A stretch of 64,000 nt of DNA, from the NCBI GenBank assembly GCA_050250895.1, contig JBFWNU010000010.1, positions 96,001-160,000 of the forward strand. Direction: 5' to 3'. The notes beneath the pieces were generated by a model. That model searched no databases. It had not been told where the DNA came from and saw nothing but the letters and a program-made list of their open reading frames with translations. The position numbers and the translations under genes are program-made. Below, piece after piece: positions 1-9,235 of the stretch; positions within the stretch are counted from its first letter, which is position 1; every line of letters starts with the position of its first letter. Source of the DNA: Vulcanimicrobiota bacterium (GTDB lineage Bacteria > Vulcanimicrobiota > Xenobia > Xenobiales > JADMJV01).

Positions 1-2
1 TC

Positions 3-695
3 GTCAGCGGCAACCAGATCTTCTGGAACCCCCCTTACGACCTGAGTCCGGGCCTTCACCGCGTGCAGGTCACGGGCTATGACCTCAACGGCCGTGCTCT
101 CAACTACAACTGGACCTTCACCCTGAGCGCCCAGAACAATTCCATCACCGACGTGAGCTTTGCTCCCACGACCTTGCAGTCGGGGCAGACCACCACCATC
201 ACCGTGCGTGGCCCGGGCGGAGCCTACGGGACTTACTCCCTTTCGAACGGTCGCAGTGGGGTCTTGCGCGAGATCCAAACGGGCGTCTACCAGGGCACCT
301 ACACGGCCACCGGCGTCGACCAGGGCAGCGTCAGCCTGACCGCCCAGTTGCGCCTGACCAACGGCCAGACCATCAGCGCCAATGCACCCAGCAATTTGAG
401 CTTCAACACCAGTTCGCTGACCGTCGACAACCTGCGCGACGGCATGACCGTGCCGGTGAGCTTCAACGTTCAGGGCAGCGGCGTTCCCGGTTCGCAGGTG
501 GTGGTTCGGGTCACTTATCCCAAAGGCGATGTTTTCGGCACCAACTTGACCTTCCAGGCGGTCGGCCTGGTCGGAGCCAACCGTCGCTACGACATTAGCG
601 TCGACGCCTCGCAGGTGCCCAGCGGCCGCCAGATGACGGTGCAGGTTAGCGATAGCGCCGGGAGCGCTCCCATCGTGATCACCCTTCGGCGTTGA
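3..695 (+). CDS. 5'-truncated secreted/surface protein with Ig-like beta-rich domains
   Basis: Frame of ORF 63..695 stays open to the window edge (VSGNQIFWNPPYDLSPGLHRVQVTG...). It is Thr/Ser/Gly/Val-rich with beta-strand patterns such as LREIQTGVYQGTYT. Confidence 0.6.
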   Translation, partial: VSGNQIFWNPPYDLSPGLHRVQVTGYDLNGRALNYNWTFTLSAQNNSITDVSFAPTTLQSGQTTTITVRGPGGAYGTYSLSNGRSGVLREIQTGVYQGTYTATGVDQGSVSLTAQLRLTNGQTISANAPSNLSFNTSSLTVDNLRDGMTVPVSFNVQGSGVPGSQVVVRVTYPKGDVFGTNLTFQAVGLVGANRRYDISVDASQVPSGRQMTVQVSDSAGSAPIVITLRR

Positions 696-2541
696 GGTCC
701 AGGCCGCGAACCTTACCAAACATCGACAAGCCCTCGATCAGCATCCAAATCTGAAGACAGAGCACTCCGCCGCCGAAGCCTAGCAACAGATAGTTCTGCT
801 GGGTCAGCCATCCGGTGGTGGAGTTGAACATCTGCCACAGCATGGCCCAGGCCGGCAGCAGGATCATCAGGGCCATCGGCCCCAGCAAGAACCAGACCGG
901 CCGGTTACGGCGCAACAGATAGAACGACACCACCATAAAGGCTAAGCCGGCCAGCAGCTGGTTGATGGCCCCGAACAAGGGCCACAGGATCAGGCCGCCG
1001 CTGCCCGGACCTCGGGTGCCGGGATAGAAAGCTACCAGCAGGCCCAATCCGACGGCCAGAGCGGTGGCTGCATACTTGTTGGTGAAGAGCCCAAAGTGGA
1101 GCGATTCGGCCAACTCTTGCACCACATAGCGCTGCAAGCGGGTGGCCGTGTCGAGAGTGGTGGCCGCAAAGCTTGCCACCAGCACGGCGATGATGGCGAT
1201 ACACAGTTTGATGGGCAGGCCCAGGGTCGAGAGAAAGTTGGCTCCGCCCTCGATGAAACCGGCCAGCTGATCGGCCAGGGCCAGGCTCGCCCAACCCCCT
1301 TTTTGTTCGACTTCGCCGTTCTCTTTGATGACGGCTCGCACCGGGGTGTAGTGATGCAGCCAGGCGTCTCGCCCCTTGAGCGCCTGGCCGGTCTCGGCGG
1401 CGATGGCGGGCAGATAATCGTATTGAGCCCCTTTGCCGTCGCGATCCCACTCGCCCATCCCCAGACCGCTGCAGCAACAGAGGATGACCAGCACGGCCAG
1501 AGCGCCTTCCAGCAGCATGGCACCGTAGCCGATGCTCTGGGCATCGGTCTCGCACTCGACCTGTTTGCTGGTGGTGCCGGAGCTGACCAGGCAATGAAAG
1601 CCGCTGATAGCGCCGCAGGCGATGGTGATAAACAGAAAGGGCAAGATGGGAGGGGCGTCGGGTGGGATTTCGGTGGCCACGGCCGGGGCGGTGGCGAACA
1701 GGCTGACCTGACCGGTGAGGCTGGCCACGGCCAAGCCCGTCACCAGCATTCCCAGGGCTACCAGCAATTGATGGCTGTTGATGTAGTCGCGCGGCTGTAA
1801 CAGCACCCACACCGGCAAGACCGAGGCGATGAAGCAGTAGACGAACAGTAGCACCGTCCAGAAGACCACCGTGTTCTTGAGGGTGGGGTGGAACAGCGGC
1901 AGCGGAATCTCCACCGGCAGCCAGTAGCAACCCACCACGATGAACCCGTACATCAGGATCAAAGCCACGATGGAAGGGATGAGCAAACCGCCCTTGCGCT
2001 TGTAGGCCCACCAGCCGACCGCGATGGCGATGGGGATCTCCATCCAGACCGACAGCACCGTCTCGGGATAGACGCTGAAGATGATGGCGATGACCAGCCC
2101 GAACACGCCCAGCACGATGGTGAGGGCAAAGAACAAGATGAGCAAGAAGACCAGGCGGGCGCGCGGGTTGATCAGGCGTCCGGCCAGATCGCCCACCGTC
2201 TTGCCTTCGCTCCGCATTGAGACCACCAGGGCCCCGAAATCGTGGACCGCCCCGATGAAGATCGAGCCGAAGATCACCCACAGCAGGGCCGGCAGCCAAC
2301 CCCAGAAGACGGCCACCGCCGGGCCCACGATAGGACCGGTGCCGGCGATGCTGGTGAAGTGATGCCCAAAGACGATCTCGGCCTTGGTGGGCACATAGTC
2401 CACCCCGTCATTGACGGTATGAGCCGGAACCGGGTTCTCGGGGTGAAGGCCGAAGATCTTGTCGGCCAACCATTTGCCGTAGGTTCGGTAGGCGACAATG
2501 AATCCGACAAAACTAAGAAAGGCGACCAGCAGGGTATCCAC
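679..2541 (-). CDS. cstA: Carbon starvation protein A (peptide/pyruvate transporter family)
   Basis: Signature motifs DGVDYVPT, FGHHFTSIAGTGPIVGP, LLQPRDYIN, PFLFITIACGAISGFH and TTLDTATRL; multiple transmembrane segments. Confidence 0.95.
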   Translation of the reverse strand: MDTLLVAFLSFVGFIVAYRTYGKWLADKIFGLHPENPVPAHTVNDGVDYVPTKAEIVFGHHFTSIAGTGPIVGPAVAVFWGWLPALLWVIFGSIFIGAVHDFGALVVSMRSEGKTVGDLAGRLINPRARLVFLLILFFALTIVLGVFGLVIAIIFSVYPETVLSVWMEIPIAIAVGWWAYKRKGGLLIPSIVALILMYGFIVVGCYWLPVEIPLPLFHPTLKNTVVFWTVLLFVYCFIASVLPVWVLLQPRDYINSHQLLVALGMLVTGLAVASLTGQVSLFATAPAVATEIPPDAPPILPFLFITIACGAISGFHCLVSSGTTSKQVECETDAQSIGYGAMLLEGALAVLVILCCCSGLGMGEWDRDGKGAQYDYLPAIAAETGQALKGRDAWLHHYTPVRAVIKENGEVEQKGGWASLALADQLAGFIEGGANFLSTLGLPIKLCIAIIAVLVASFAATTLDTATRLQRYVVQELAESLHFGLFTNKYAATALAVGLGLLVAFYPGTRGPGSGGLILWPLFGAINQLLAGLAFMVVSFYLLRRNRPVWFLLGPMALMILLPAWAMLWQMFNSTTGWLTQQNYLLLGFGGGVLCLQIWMLIEGLSMFGKVRGLDLNAEG

Positions 2542-2618
2542 GCCACGGGTTTCGCGATGGGTCCGGGCAGGGCCTATCCGTTCAGTGTGTTTTGAGGTCG
2601 CCAGGTTAGATTGCGCCC

Positions 2619-3101
2619 ATGCAGATCCGTTGTCATCAGCCTATCGCGCATGCCGCCAACTTGCGCCACATCGCTCCTCCTACCACTGCGGGCGCCTCGA
2701 ACGTGCCCACGGAAGAGGTCGAACTGAGCGTGCCCTCCTCGGCCGCCGCCGAAGCCGGTCGCTCTTCGGGCCTGGCGGGCCTGGCCAAGACCGCCGCCAT
2801 GGTAGGCCTGGCCCTGACCGGAGTCAGCTTGCTGGCCGGTTGCGACGGAGCCCCGCCCAGTCAGGGCGCCGGCACCAGCCAGAGCCAGCCCACCAGTCAG
2901 CGCTACAACTGGACCACCGGCGAGTTCGAGCACGCCAAAGAAGGCGACAAGCTGCGCTACAACGTCTGGGAAGGCGAGTTCGAGTACGCTGGCAAGAACG
3001 ACAAAATGCGTTACAACTGGGCCGAGGGCAAGATGGAGCGGGCGCCCGCCGACGCCAAGCTGCAATACAACTGGCTCTCGGGCAAGTTCGAGTACCGCTA
3101 G
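2619..3101 (+). CDS. Hypothetical lipoprotein-like protein with four 18-aa YNW-x-x-G-x-F-E repeats
   Basis: Hydrophobic stretch ending in LLAGC; C-terminal tandem repeats; TAGATT 6 nt upstream of the ATG. Confidence 0.65.
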   Translation: MQIRCHQPIAHAANLRHIAPPTTAGASNVPTEEVELSVPSSAAAEAGRSSGLAGLAKTAAMVGLALTGVSLLAGCDGAPPSQGAGTSQSQPTSQRYNWTTGEFEHAKEGDKLRYNVWEGEFEYAGKNDKMRYNWAEGKMERAPADAKLQYNWLSGKFEYR

Positions 3102-3517
3102 AGTTTCTTCAAAGCGGCTCGCAGGCGCTCTTCTGAGGCGGCCGGTTCGGCCCGAATCAACCACTGGCCTGAGGGGTCGAGGATGAAGAGATAAGTCTGT
3201 CCCGCCTCCAGGTCCGGCTCGATGCCCGACCCTTCACGGATAGGCGAAACCCTCACCCCGCCTCGCTCGAGTTCGGTCGAGAACTGGTGCACGAACTGAT
3301 GGGGTGCCTCGATACTCAGCTGCACTCCCTCGAGCTGCTCGACCTCGACCACCACGCGCAGCACGTTCGGCTCGATCTCTACCCGCGAGCTGACCACCCG
3401 GGCCTTGATGATCTGCTGGTCGCGGCTGAGCACTTGTTCGAGAGTTTTGTGATAGATGCGGGTCGCGGCGGCCTCCCCGGCCAGACAGCAAATGAGTAGC
3501 AGTATCCAGCCTCGCAT
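3098..3517 (-). CDS. Secreted hypothetical protein
   Basis: Signal-peptide-like MRGWILLLICCLAGEAAA from the ATG at 3517; coding-like codon usage. Confidence 0.6.
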   Translation of the reverse strand: MRGWILLLICCLAGEAAATRIYHKTLEQVLSRDQQIIKARVVSSRVEIEPNVLRVVVEVEQLEGVQLSIEAPHQFVHQFSTELERGGVRVSPIREGSGIEPDLEAGQTYLFILDPSGQWLIRAEPAASEERLRAALKKL

Positions 3518-3573
3518 AGGCGTCACTTCGCCACGTCGGCAGGAGTCCATTCTCGCCGGCCAAAGTCTCTGGC

Positions 3574-3999
3574 ATGAAACTCGAGCTCGAAGTCAACGGT
3601 CAGACCATTCACGCCCTCTCGGCTGAGCACCTCAAGTCGATCGAGGACAAGGCCTATCCTCAGGTGATCGACCTGCGGCGCAATCACGAACTCGATTCCA
3701 AGCTCGCCGAGAGGCTACGCGAAGAAGGCGTCCACTACACCCACATCCCGGTCTCGCCCGAGACCTTGTCCGAGCAGGATGTGGACCACGTCCGTTGGGA
3801 GTTCGCCCGCCGCAAAGGCCCCTACGCGGTGCTCTCCAGCAAAGGCGTGCAGGCCGCGGCCGTGGTGTTGATGCATGCGGCCCGGGTCGAGGAGTGGGGT
3901 CTGGACGAAACGCTCAAGAAGTGCCCTGAACTCAAGAAAGAGAAACTGCTCAAGGCCTTTCTAGCCGGCTATCTCGAGCGTCACCGCGCCAAAGCGTGA
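3574..3999 (+). CDS. DUF442/Blh-like phosphatase-fold (sulfur-transferase-like) protein, catalytic Cys apparently absent
   Basis: VIDLR...EGVHYTHIPV pattern; the position of the usual HCxSGxR loop reads LSSKGVQA. Confidence 0.55.
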   Translation: MKLELEVNGQTIHALSAEHLKSIEDKAYPQVIDLRRNHELDSKLAERLREEGVHYTHIPVSPETLSEQDVDHVRWEFARRKGPYAVLSSKGVQAAAVVLMHAARVEEWGLDETLKKCPELKKEKLLKAFLAGYLERHRAKA

Positions 4000-4020
4000 C
4001 ATCCCCCGGCTTCGGTCGCT

Positions 4021-4921
4021 TCACACCCTGAAATCGCTGGCCACCTTCGGCCGGGCGGCGGCTGGGCTGGGCAGGCTTGGGCTGGGCTGGCCTGGGCTGG
4101 CCGGCGGGCGGCGGGGGATCACCCCGAGAAATCGCTGGCCACCTTCGGTCGAGCTGGCCGGGCGGCGGCTGGGCTGGGCTGGCTTGGGCTGGCTGGCGGG
4201 CGGCGGGGGATCACCCCGAGAAATCGCTGGCCACCTTCGGCCGAGCTGCCCGGGCGGCGGCTGGCTTGGGCTGGCTGGCGGGCGGCCGGGTTTCACCCGA
4301 GAGTCGCGGTGTGAAGGTCGGTTTTGGGGGTTCACCCCGAGAAATCGCGGGGTGAAGGCCGGTTTTGGGGGTTCACCCCGAGAATCGCGGTGTGAAGGTC
4401 GGTTTTGGGGGTTCACCCCGAGAAATCGCGGGGTGAAGGTCGATTTTGGGGGTTCACCCCGAGAAATCGCGGGGTGAAGGCCGGTTTTGGGGGTCACCCC
4501 GAGAATCGCGGTGTGAAGGTCGATTTTGGGGGTTCACCCCGAGAAATCGCGGGGTGAAGGCCGGTTTTGGGGGTCACCCCGAGAATCGCGGTGTGAAGGT
4601 CGGTTTTGGGGGTTCACCCCGTGAATCGCGGTGTGAAGGTCGGTTTTGGGGGTTCACCCCGAGAATCGCGGTGTGAAGGTCGATTTTGGGGGGTCACCCC
4701 GAGAATCGCGGTGTGAAGGTCGATTTTGGGGGTTCACCCCGAGAAATCGCTGGCGCCACCTTCGGCCGAGTTGGCCGGGCGGCGGCTGGCTTGGGCTGGC
4801 TGGCGGGCGGCGGGGGTTTCACCCCGAGAAATCGCTGGCGCCACCTCCGGCCGAGTTTGCCGGGGCGGCGGCTGGCTTGGGCTGGCTGGCGGGCGGCGGG
4901 GGATCACCCCGAGAAGATCGC
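4021..4921. repeat. Compound tandem repeat array: 17 copies of the core TCACCCCGAGA(A)ATCGC, in long (~80-100 bp) and short (~40 bp) units
   Basis: Three long units (4021-4291), 11 short units of about TTCACCCCGAGAAATCGCGGGGTGAAGGTCGGTTTTGGGGG (4292-4732), two long units (4733-4903) and a final core at ~4904. Confidence 0.95.
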
Positions 4922-4947
4922 GTGGGGTCTCCCCAAGGGGCTTGTAT

Positions 4948-4970
4948 CCATACCATACTGTATGGTATGG
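4948..4970. promoter_or_regulatory. Perfect inverted repeat CCATACCATAC-T-GTATGGTATGG; probable TetR operator overlapping the -10 element
   Basis: 11-bp arms with a 1-bp centre, 7 nt upstream of the TetR ATG at 4978; overlaps TATGGT at 4966-4971. Confidence 0.8.
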
Positions 4971-4977
4971 TGGCGAT

Positions 4978-5484
4978 ATGGAAACCTGGCTGGAAGCGGG
5001 GATGGATGTGCTGGTCGAGGCTGGCCATGCCGGTCTTACCATCGAGCGCTTGTGCAAAGCCACAGGCAAGACCAAGGGCTCGTTCTACCATCACTTCGCC
5101 AACATCGAGGCTTTCCGCCATCGTTTGCTCGAACACTGGCAGGCCACCCACACCCAGGAGTTGATCGCGGCCACGTCCGGCGATGACCCCACCGCAGCCT
5201 TGCGCTCGCTCGCGCGTCTGACGGGCCAATTGCCCTACGCTCGCGAGGCCGCCTTTCGGATCTGGGCTAACCGTGACCGTCAGGCCGCGGCGCTGGTGGC
5301 CATGGTCGACCAGGCTAGAGTCGGGCATGTAGCCTGGTTGCTACAACGGCTGGGGCATTCCGAGGCCGAAGCCCACGAACTGGCCTGGTTCGAGTACGCC
5401 CTCTTTGTCGGGATGGCCCAATTGGGCTTGCCGACCGACCAGCGACGACGACTGCGCGACCTGCTAGAAAGGAAGCTCTTATGA
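4978..5484 (+). CDS. TetR/AcrR family transcriptional regulator
   Basis: HTH GHAGLTIERLCKATGKTKGSFYHHF. Start placed at ATG 4978 because the upstream part of the tracked ORF is repeat DNA. Confidence 0.92.
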   Translation: METWLEAGMDVLVEAGHAGLTIERLCKATGKTKGSFYHHFANIEAFRHRLLEHWQATHTQELIAATSGDDPTAALRSLARLTGQLPYAREAAFRIWANRDRQAAALVAMVDQARVGHVAWLLQRLGHSEAEAHELAWFEYALFVGMAQLGLPTDQRRRLRDLLERKLL

Positions 5485-5957
5485 TCGACTGGAGAACCGT
5501 GCGCCGCTTCGTTCACCGGCGCACCTATTTTTGCGCGGTGGGGGTGCTCGAACAGGGCGCCGTCAGGCTCTTCCCCATCGGATCGTTGCGCCTCGACAAC
5601 GAGGGCAATGCAACCTATTTCGAAGTCTTCGCCCGGCCGGTCGAAGAAGGTCAGGCCGTGACCTTTCTGGCGGTGGACATGAATCCTTGGTTCTGGTTGG
5701 TGTCGTTGCTGCGAGGAAGGTTCGCCCGCCCGCCAGCGATTCGAATGCAGGGCACCCTCGGCCCTCGACGGCTGGCCACCGATGACGAGAAGGCTCGCTT
5801 TCATCGAGCCGTTGGCTGGCTTCGCTATACTCCCGGAGGTCGTTTGCTCTGGTTTGATGCCAAGCATGCTCGTGAGGTCCGACTGCACCGGGCCGGGGCC
5901 GTGCGAGCCGGTCGCATGACTCGCGGGCTCGAGGAGTGGGTCGTCGAAAAAGTGTAA
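5481..5957 (+). CDS. Pyridoxamine 5'-phosphate oxidase-like FMN-binding split-barrel protein
   Basis: PIGSL...YFE...LAV...FWLVSLLRGRF...RMQG pattern; ATGA overlap with the TetR gene. Confidence 0.6.
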   Translation: MIDWRTVRRFVHRRTYFCAVGVLEQGAVRLFPIGSLRLDNEGNATYFEVFARPVEEGQAVTFLAVDMNPWFWLVSLLRGRFARPPAIRMQGTLGPRRLATDDEKARFHRAVGWLRYTPGGRLLWFDAKHAREVRLHRAGAVRAGRMTRGLEEWVVEKV

Positions 5958-6032
5958 CGTTTTGTTCACATCGAGCGAATCGCTTCAACCTTGATTCTAC
6001 CTGGTGCCCCTATGATGGTGGTGGAGGTAGGG

Positions 6033-6332
6033 ATGAAACAACTGCAAGACCGCCGCCGCGTTGCGCGCCACAGCAACGCTATCCCGGCTGTGCTCGACGG
6101 AGCCAGCCGAGCCGAGATTCTCGATTTGAGCGCCACTGGAGCCCGCGTGATGCTCCGGGCCGAGGAGTTCTTTCCGAACTTCGAGTTGAGGTTCCAGTTC
6201 AAGGGGTGCCTGGTTCACGCCGTGTGCGAGGCCGGCTGGTGTGAGTGCACAGGCGAGCATCTGGTTTGCGGAGTCAAGTTTCGCCAGGTCTCTCCGGGCC
6301 TGGAACGGAGCCTGCGTCGCCCGGCCGCCTAG
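6033..6332 (+). CDS. Stand-alone PilZ domain protein (c-di-GMP receptor)
   Basis: RRRVAR (RxxxR) and DLSATG (DxSxxG) motifs; C-terminal GVKF; GGAGG upstream. Confidence 0.85.
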   Translation: MKQLQDRRRVARHSNAIPAVLDGASRAEILDLSATGARVMLRAEEFFPNFELRFQFKGCLVHAVCEAGWCECTGEHLVCGVKFRQVSPGLERSLRRPAA

Positions 6333-6363
6333 GCAAGCCGGCTGGACCGTGTCAGGCTTGGGC

Positions 6364-7572
6364 TCATTCGATCTTGACCGACTCGACCTCGTGGACATAG
6401 GCAGCGTCGACGAGTCGCTTGGCTTGACCTTCGAGCACCAGGCGAACGGGAAGTCCAGACCGGGGTGAGGCAAGACCAAACACCTGGAGAAGCGCCTGGT
6501 CAGGCATGTCGATCAGACAGGTGTCGCCGTCGGCCGACAGCAGGACATCCGTCTTGTTGTGCACCAGGTGAAAGGCGGGGCGCCCCTGTAGGCCGGCCTC
6601 GGTCCAGGCGTCGTGAAGAGAGTCATTGCTGGGCAGCGGGTATCTGATCCATTTCTGATGCCTGGACGCCAGTCGAGCTCTCTCGATTTCGGCCAACACT
6701 TCGTTCCAATCCAGGCCTTCTGAGGCGGTGAAGGTGAAAGTGGCGTATTTGACGGCCACGGGCCCAACCTGAAAGAGGCTCACCGCCCACTCCTGTTCCT
6801 GAATCGGGTCGAAGGCCACTACCTCGTAGTAGGAGTCGGCGAGTTGCGTGTAGCCCGGCCACGACTGGTGGGACTCTTCGAGCCATTGGCGCCCCCAGTC
6901 CACGCCGAGCCGGTAGGCTTGTTCGTCATAGAAGCTTTCGTTCCATTCGCTCCAATCGTCGAGGGCGCCCGAGTTTCGGCCGTAAATCGGGCAGAAGACT
7001 CTCCCGAGTTGGCTAAGCTTGGGACATCGCGTCTCCCACTGCATGTTATCGGCCTCGACCTGCCATACCGGAAACAGTCGCGGGGCGGAACTGGCATTGG
7101 TCCTGGCTGATAACCGAAGGTTGGGTTCACCGCCAAGCTCGAGCACAACCTCATATTGAAAATCTGAGCTAGGACGGCTGTCGGCCCTATCTCGGGCGGC
7201 GGCTGCCAGGTCGATTGTCGGCGGCTCACCGCCAAGCCATGGGAATCGCTCCCGCGCCTTTGTCAGTAGCAGTTGCTCATCGGCCACAAAGCCCACCTCT
7301 GCCAGAAGATCGCATGGTTGACGACTAGCCATAGCGGCCTGGCGCAAGGCGTTCATCTCTTCGACCGGGATTATCGAGAGGGGCGAACGATAGTAGGCGC
7401 CTTCGCGTTGCCAGATGAGTGACTTGGCTTGAGCCGGGCCCTGGATGATCACCTCGATGCGGTCACCCGGCGAGAGGTCTCGCAGCGGTCGGGGATAGGC
7501 CCACAAAGCAGCCGCGGCCACGACCAGCAGCAACGCAGCTGGAGCCAGCCGGCTGGATCGTCTCGGGCTCAC
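6364..7572 (-). CDS. Membrane-anchored/secreted hypothetical protein, paralogue A
   Basis: GTG at 7572 overlaps the TGA of paralogue B; N-terminal hydrophobic segment followed by WAYPRPLRDLSPG. Confidence 0.7.
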   Translation of the reverse strand: MSPRRSSRLAPAALLLVVAAAALWAYPRPLRDLSPGDRIEVIIQGPAQAKSLIWQREGAYYRSPLSIIPVEEMNALRQAAMASRQPCDLLAEVGFVADEQLLLTKARERFPWLGGEPPTIDLAAAARDRADSRPSSDFQYEVVLELGGEPNLRLSARTNASSAPRLFPVWQVEADNMQWETRCPKLSQLGRVFCPIYGRNSGALDDWSEWNESFYDEQAYRLGVDWGRQWLEESHQSWPGYTQLADSYYEVVAFDPIQEQEWAVSLFQVGPVAVKYATFTFTASEGLDWNEVLAEIERARLASRHQKWIRYPLPSNDSLHDAWTEAGLQGRPAFHLVHNKTDVLLSADGDTCLIDMPDQALLQVFGLASPRSGLPVRLVLEGQAKRLVDAAYVHEVESVKIE

Positions 7573-8774
7573 TCGATCTTGACCGACTCGATCTCGTGGA
7601 CGTAGGGGTCGCGCGGTGCCAGCCGCGCCTTGCCGTGGTCGATGATCACTTTGTACCAAGCGTTGCTCGGCTCGATGGACAGGCCAAAGGTTTGAATAGC
7701 CTCGGCAGCCGAACAGTCGGCCAGACAGACCTGACCGTCTCGCGAGAGCAGAAAGTCCTGACCGTTGCCCTCGAAACCGAAGGCAGGCTCGCCCTCGAGT
7801 TTGGCCGCTGCCCAGCTCTGGCGACCAAAATCCTCACACGGGGTGAGTCGTACGGGTAGCTTGACCCACGGTTGCTGAGCCAGCGCCTCGGTGGCGTCCT
7901 TCAGTTCGATCTTCACCTGGCCCCAGTCGAGGCCTTGGTTCGGGTCGAAAGCGATGACCGCTTGATGGATGACCCGGTCGTCGCGTTCGAGGCTGACGGC
8001 CCAGTTCGAATCGAATCGGCTTACAAACTCGGTGATGGTCGCGTTGAGTTCCTCGTAGCCAGGCCAGAACTTCGAGGCGGCATACAGCGACTCTCGCCCC
8101 CACGTTTCCGCGAGTCGATCTATCTGCTGATCGTAGAAGCGTTGATTCCAGTCTGAGGTATCGAGCGGATGCTGCTCACCGTCGCGCGTCGCGGGGCACA
8201 GCTCGCGAAGGAAGTAGCTCATCATTGGATGGCGAGTCTGCCAGTGGACATTTCCGGCCTCCACCGTCCAAGTCGGAAAACAGCTCGATAGCGGATCTAC
8301 ACTTGTCGCACCCGTGAGTCGAATTTCGGGTTTTCCTCCCAGGTTAATCTCGAATCGGATCTGCGAAGGAACAGTTGGGGTTTGTTTGGCTGCTTGGCGA
8401 GCGGCGGCGTCAAGGTCCACGTGCGGGGGATCCCCGGTCAGCCACGGGTGCCGCTGGCGGACCCCTTTCACCAAATAATCTTCTTTGGCGAGAAAGCCGA
8501 CCTCGTTCAGGGGATCACATGGCTCCTGGCTGGCCAAAATCAACCTCCGGAGATAGACGATATCGCTCATGGTAATACGCCGATCCCCACTTTGATAGAC
8601 ATCTCCCTCGCGTTGCCAAAGAAATGAATCGGCTTGGGCCGGTCCCTTGACGAGCACTTCGATGCGCTCGCCGGGCGACAGGTCGCGCAGCGGTCGGGGA
8701 TAGGCCCAAACAGCGGCGGCCGCCACCACGATGAGCAGCGACCAGCCGACGCCGAAGCGGGCTCTGCGGGTCAT
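7569..8774 (-). CDS. Membrane-anchored/secreted hypothetical protein, paralogue B
   Basis: Same N-terminal motif as paralogue A and the same C-terminus, YVHExESVKIE. Confidence 0.75.
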   Translation of the reverse strand: MTRRARFGVGWSLLIVVAAAAVWAYPRPLRDLSPGERIEVLVKGPAQADSFLWQREGDVYQSGDRRITMSDIVYLRRLILASQEPCDPLNEVGFLAKEDYLVKGVRQRHPWLTGDPPHVDLDAAARQAAKQTPTVPSQIRFEINLGGKPEIRLTGATSVDPLSSCFPTWTVEAGNVHWQTRHPMMSYFLRELCPATRDGEQHPLDTSDWNQRFYDQQIDRLAETWGRESLYAASKFWPGYEELNATITEFVSRFDSNWAVSLERDDRVIHQAVIAFDPNQGLDWGQVKIELKDATEALAQQPWVKLPVRLTPCEDFGRQSWAAAKLEGEPAFGFEGNGQDFLLSRDGQVCLADCSAAEAIQTFGLSIEPSNAWYKVIIDHGKARLAPRDPYVHEIESVKIE

Positions 8775-9235
8775 TCCGTGGCGGCGGGAACGGCCTCGAG
8801 GTCGACCTCGGCCGGCGCGGCCGCTTCGGGAGCACCGTCAGGGAAGAGGTCGAACGTCTTTCCGTCTGACATCGTCAGCGTCCCCTCGAGCACCCGCTCT
8901 TCTTCGGGGCTGACCGTTTCGGTCTTGCACTCTAGCACTCCATTGCCTTTGCTACCCGTGATGTTCAGCGAATAGACATCGTCGGGCAACTCGCCCGAGG
9001 CGACCCAGTTGATATCACAGCTCTGGATCTCACCGATGTGTTCTTGGATAACGGGGTTGGTGCGCAGAGCTGCCCCGATCTGGGTCTCGAGCAAGCCTAC
9101 GCCCCACCAGATAAAGGCGGCTATGGCGGCTACCACGATACCGGCCACGACCGAGCCGGCCACCGCGCAGCCGCACCCCCACTTCAGGCCGTTACCAAAA
9201 GAGTCGTTCTGCGGCTGTTGGGCATAATTTTCCAT
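8771..9235 (-). CDS. Coa1-like (cytochrome c oxidase assembly factor 1 family) membrane protein
   Basis: GCGC plus a TM helix, then ALRTNPVIQEHIGEI and ITGSKGNGVL. Confidence 0.6.
   Translation of the reverse strand: MENYAQQPQNDSFGNGLKWGCGCAVAGSVVAGIVVAAIAAFIWWGVGLLETQIGAALRTNPVIQEHIGEIQSCDINWVASGELPDDVYSLNITGSKGNGVLECKTETVSPEEERVLEGTLTMSDGKTFDLFPDGAPEAAAPAEVDLEAVPAATE

Noticed and set aside
4021-4921. CRISPR array
   Set aside because: The sequences between cores are near-identical repeats rather than unique spacers, unit lengths are bimodal, and there are no cas genes in the window.
4021-5186. Repetitive ORFs (GFTPRNRGVK..., MTPKTGLHP...) and the 84-aa N-terminal extension of the TetR ORF
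   Set aside because: These are translations of the DNA repeat, open in several frames on both strands with no RBS. TetR has a better start at 4978.
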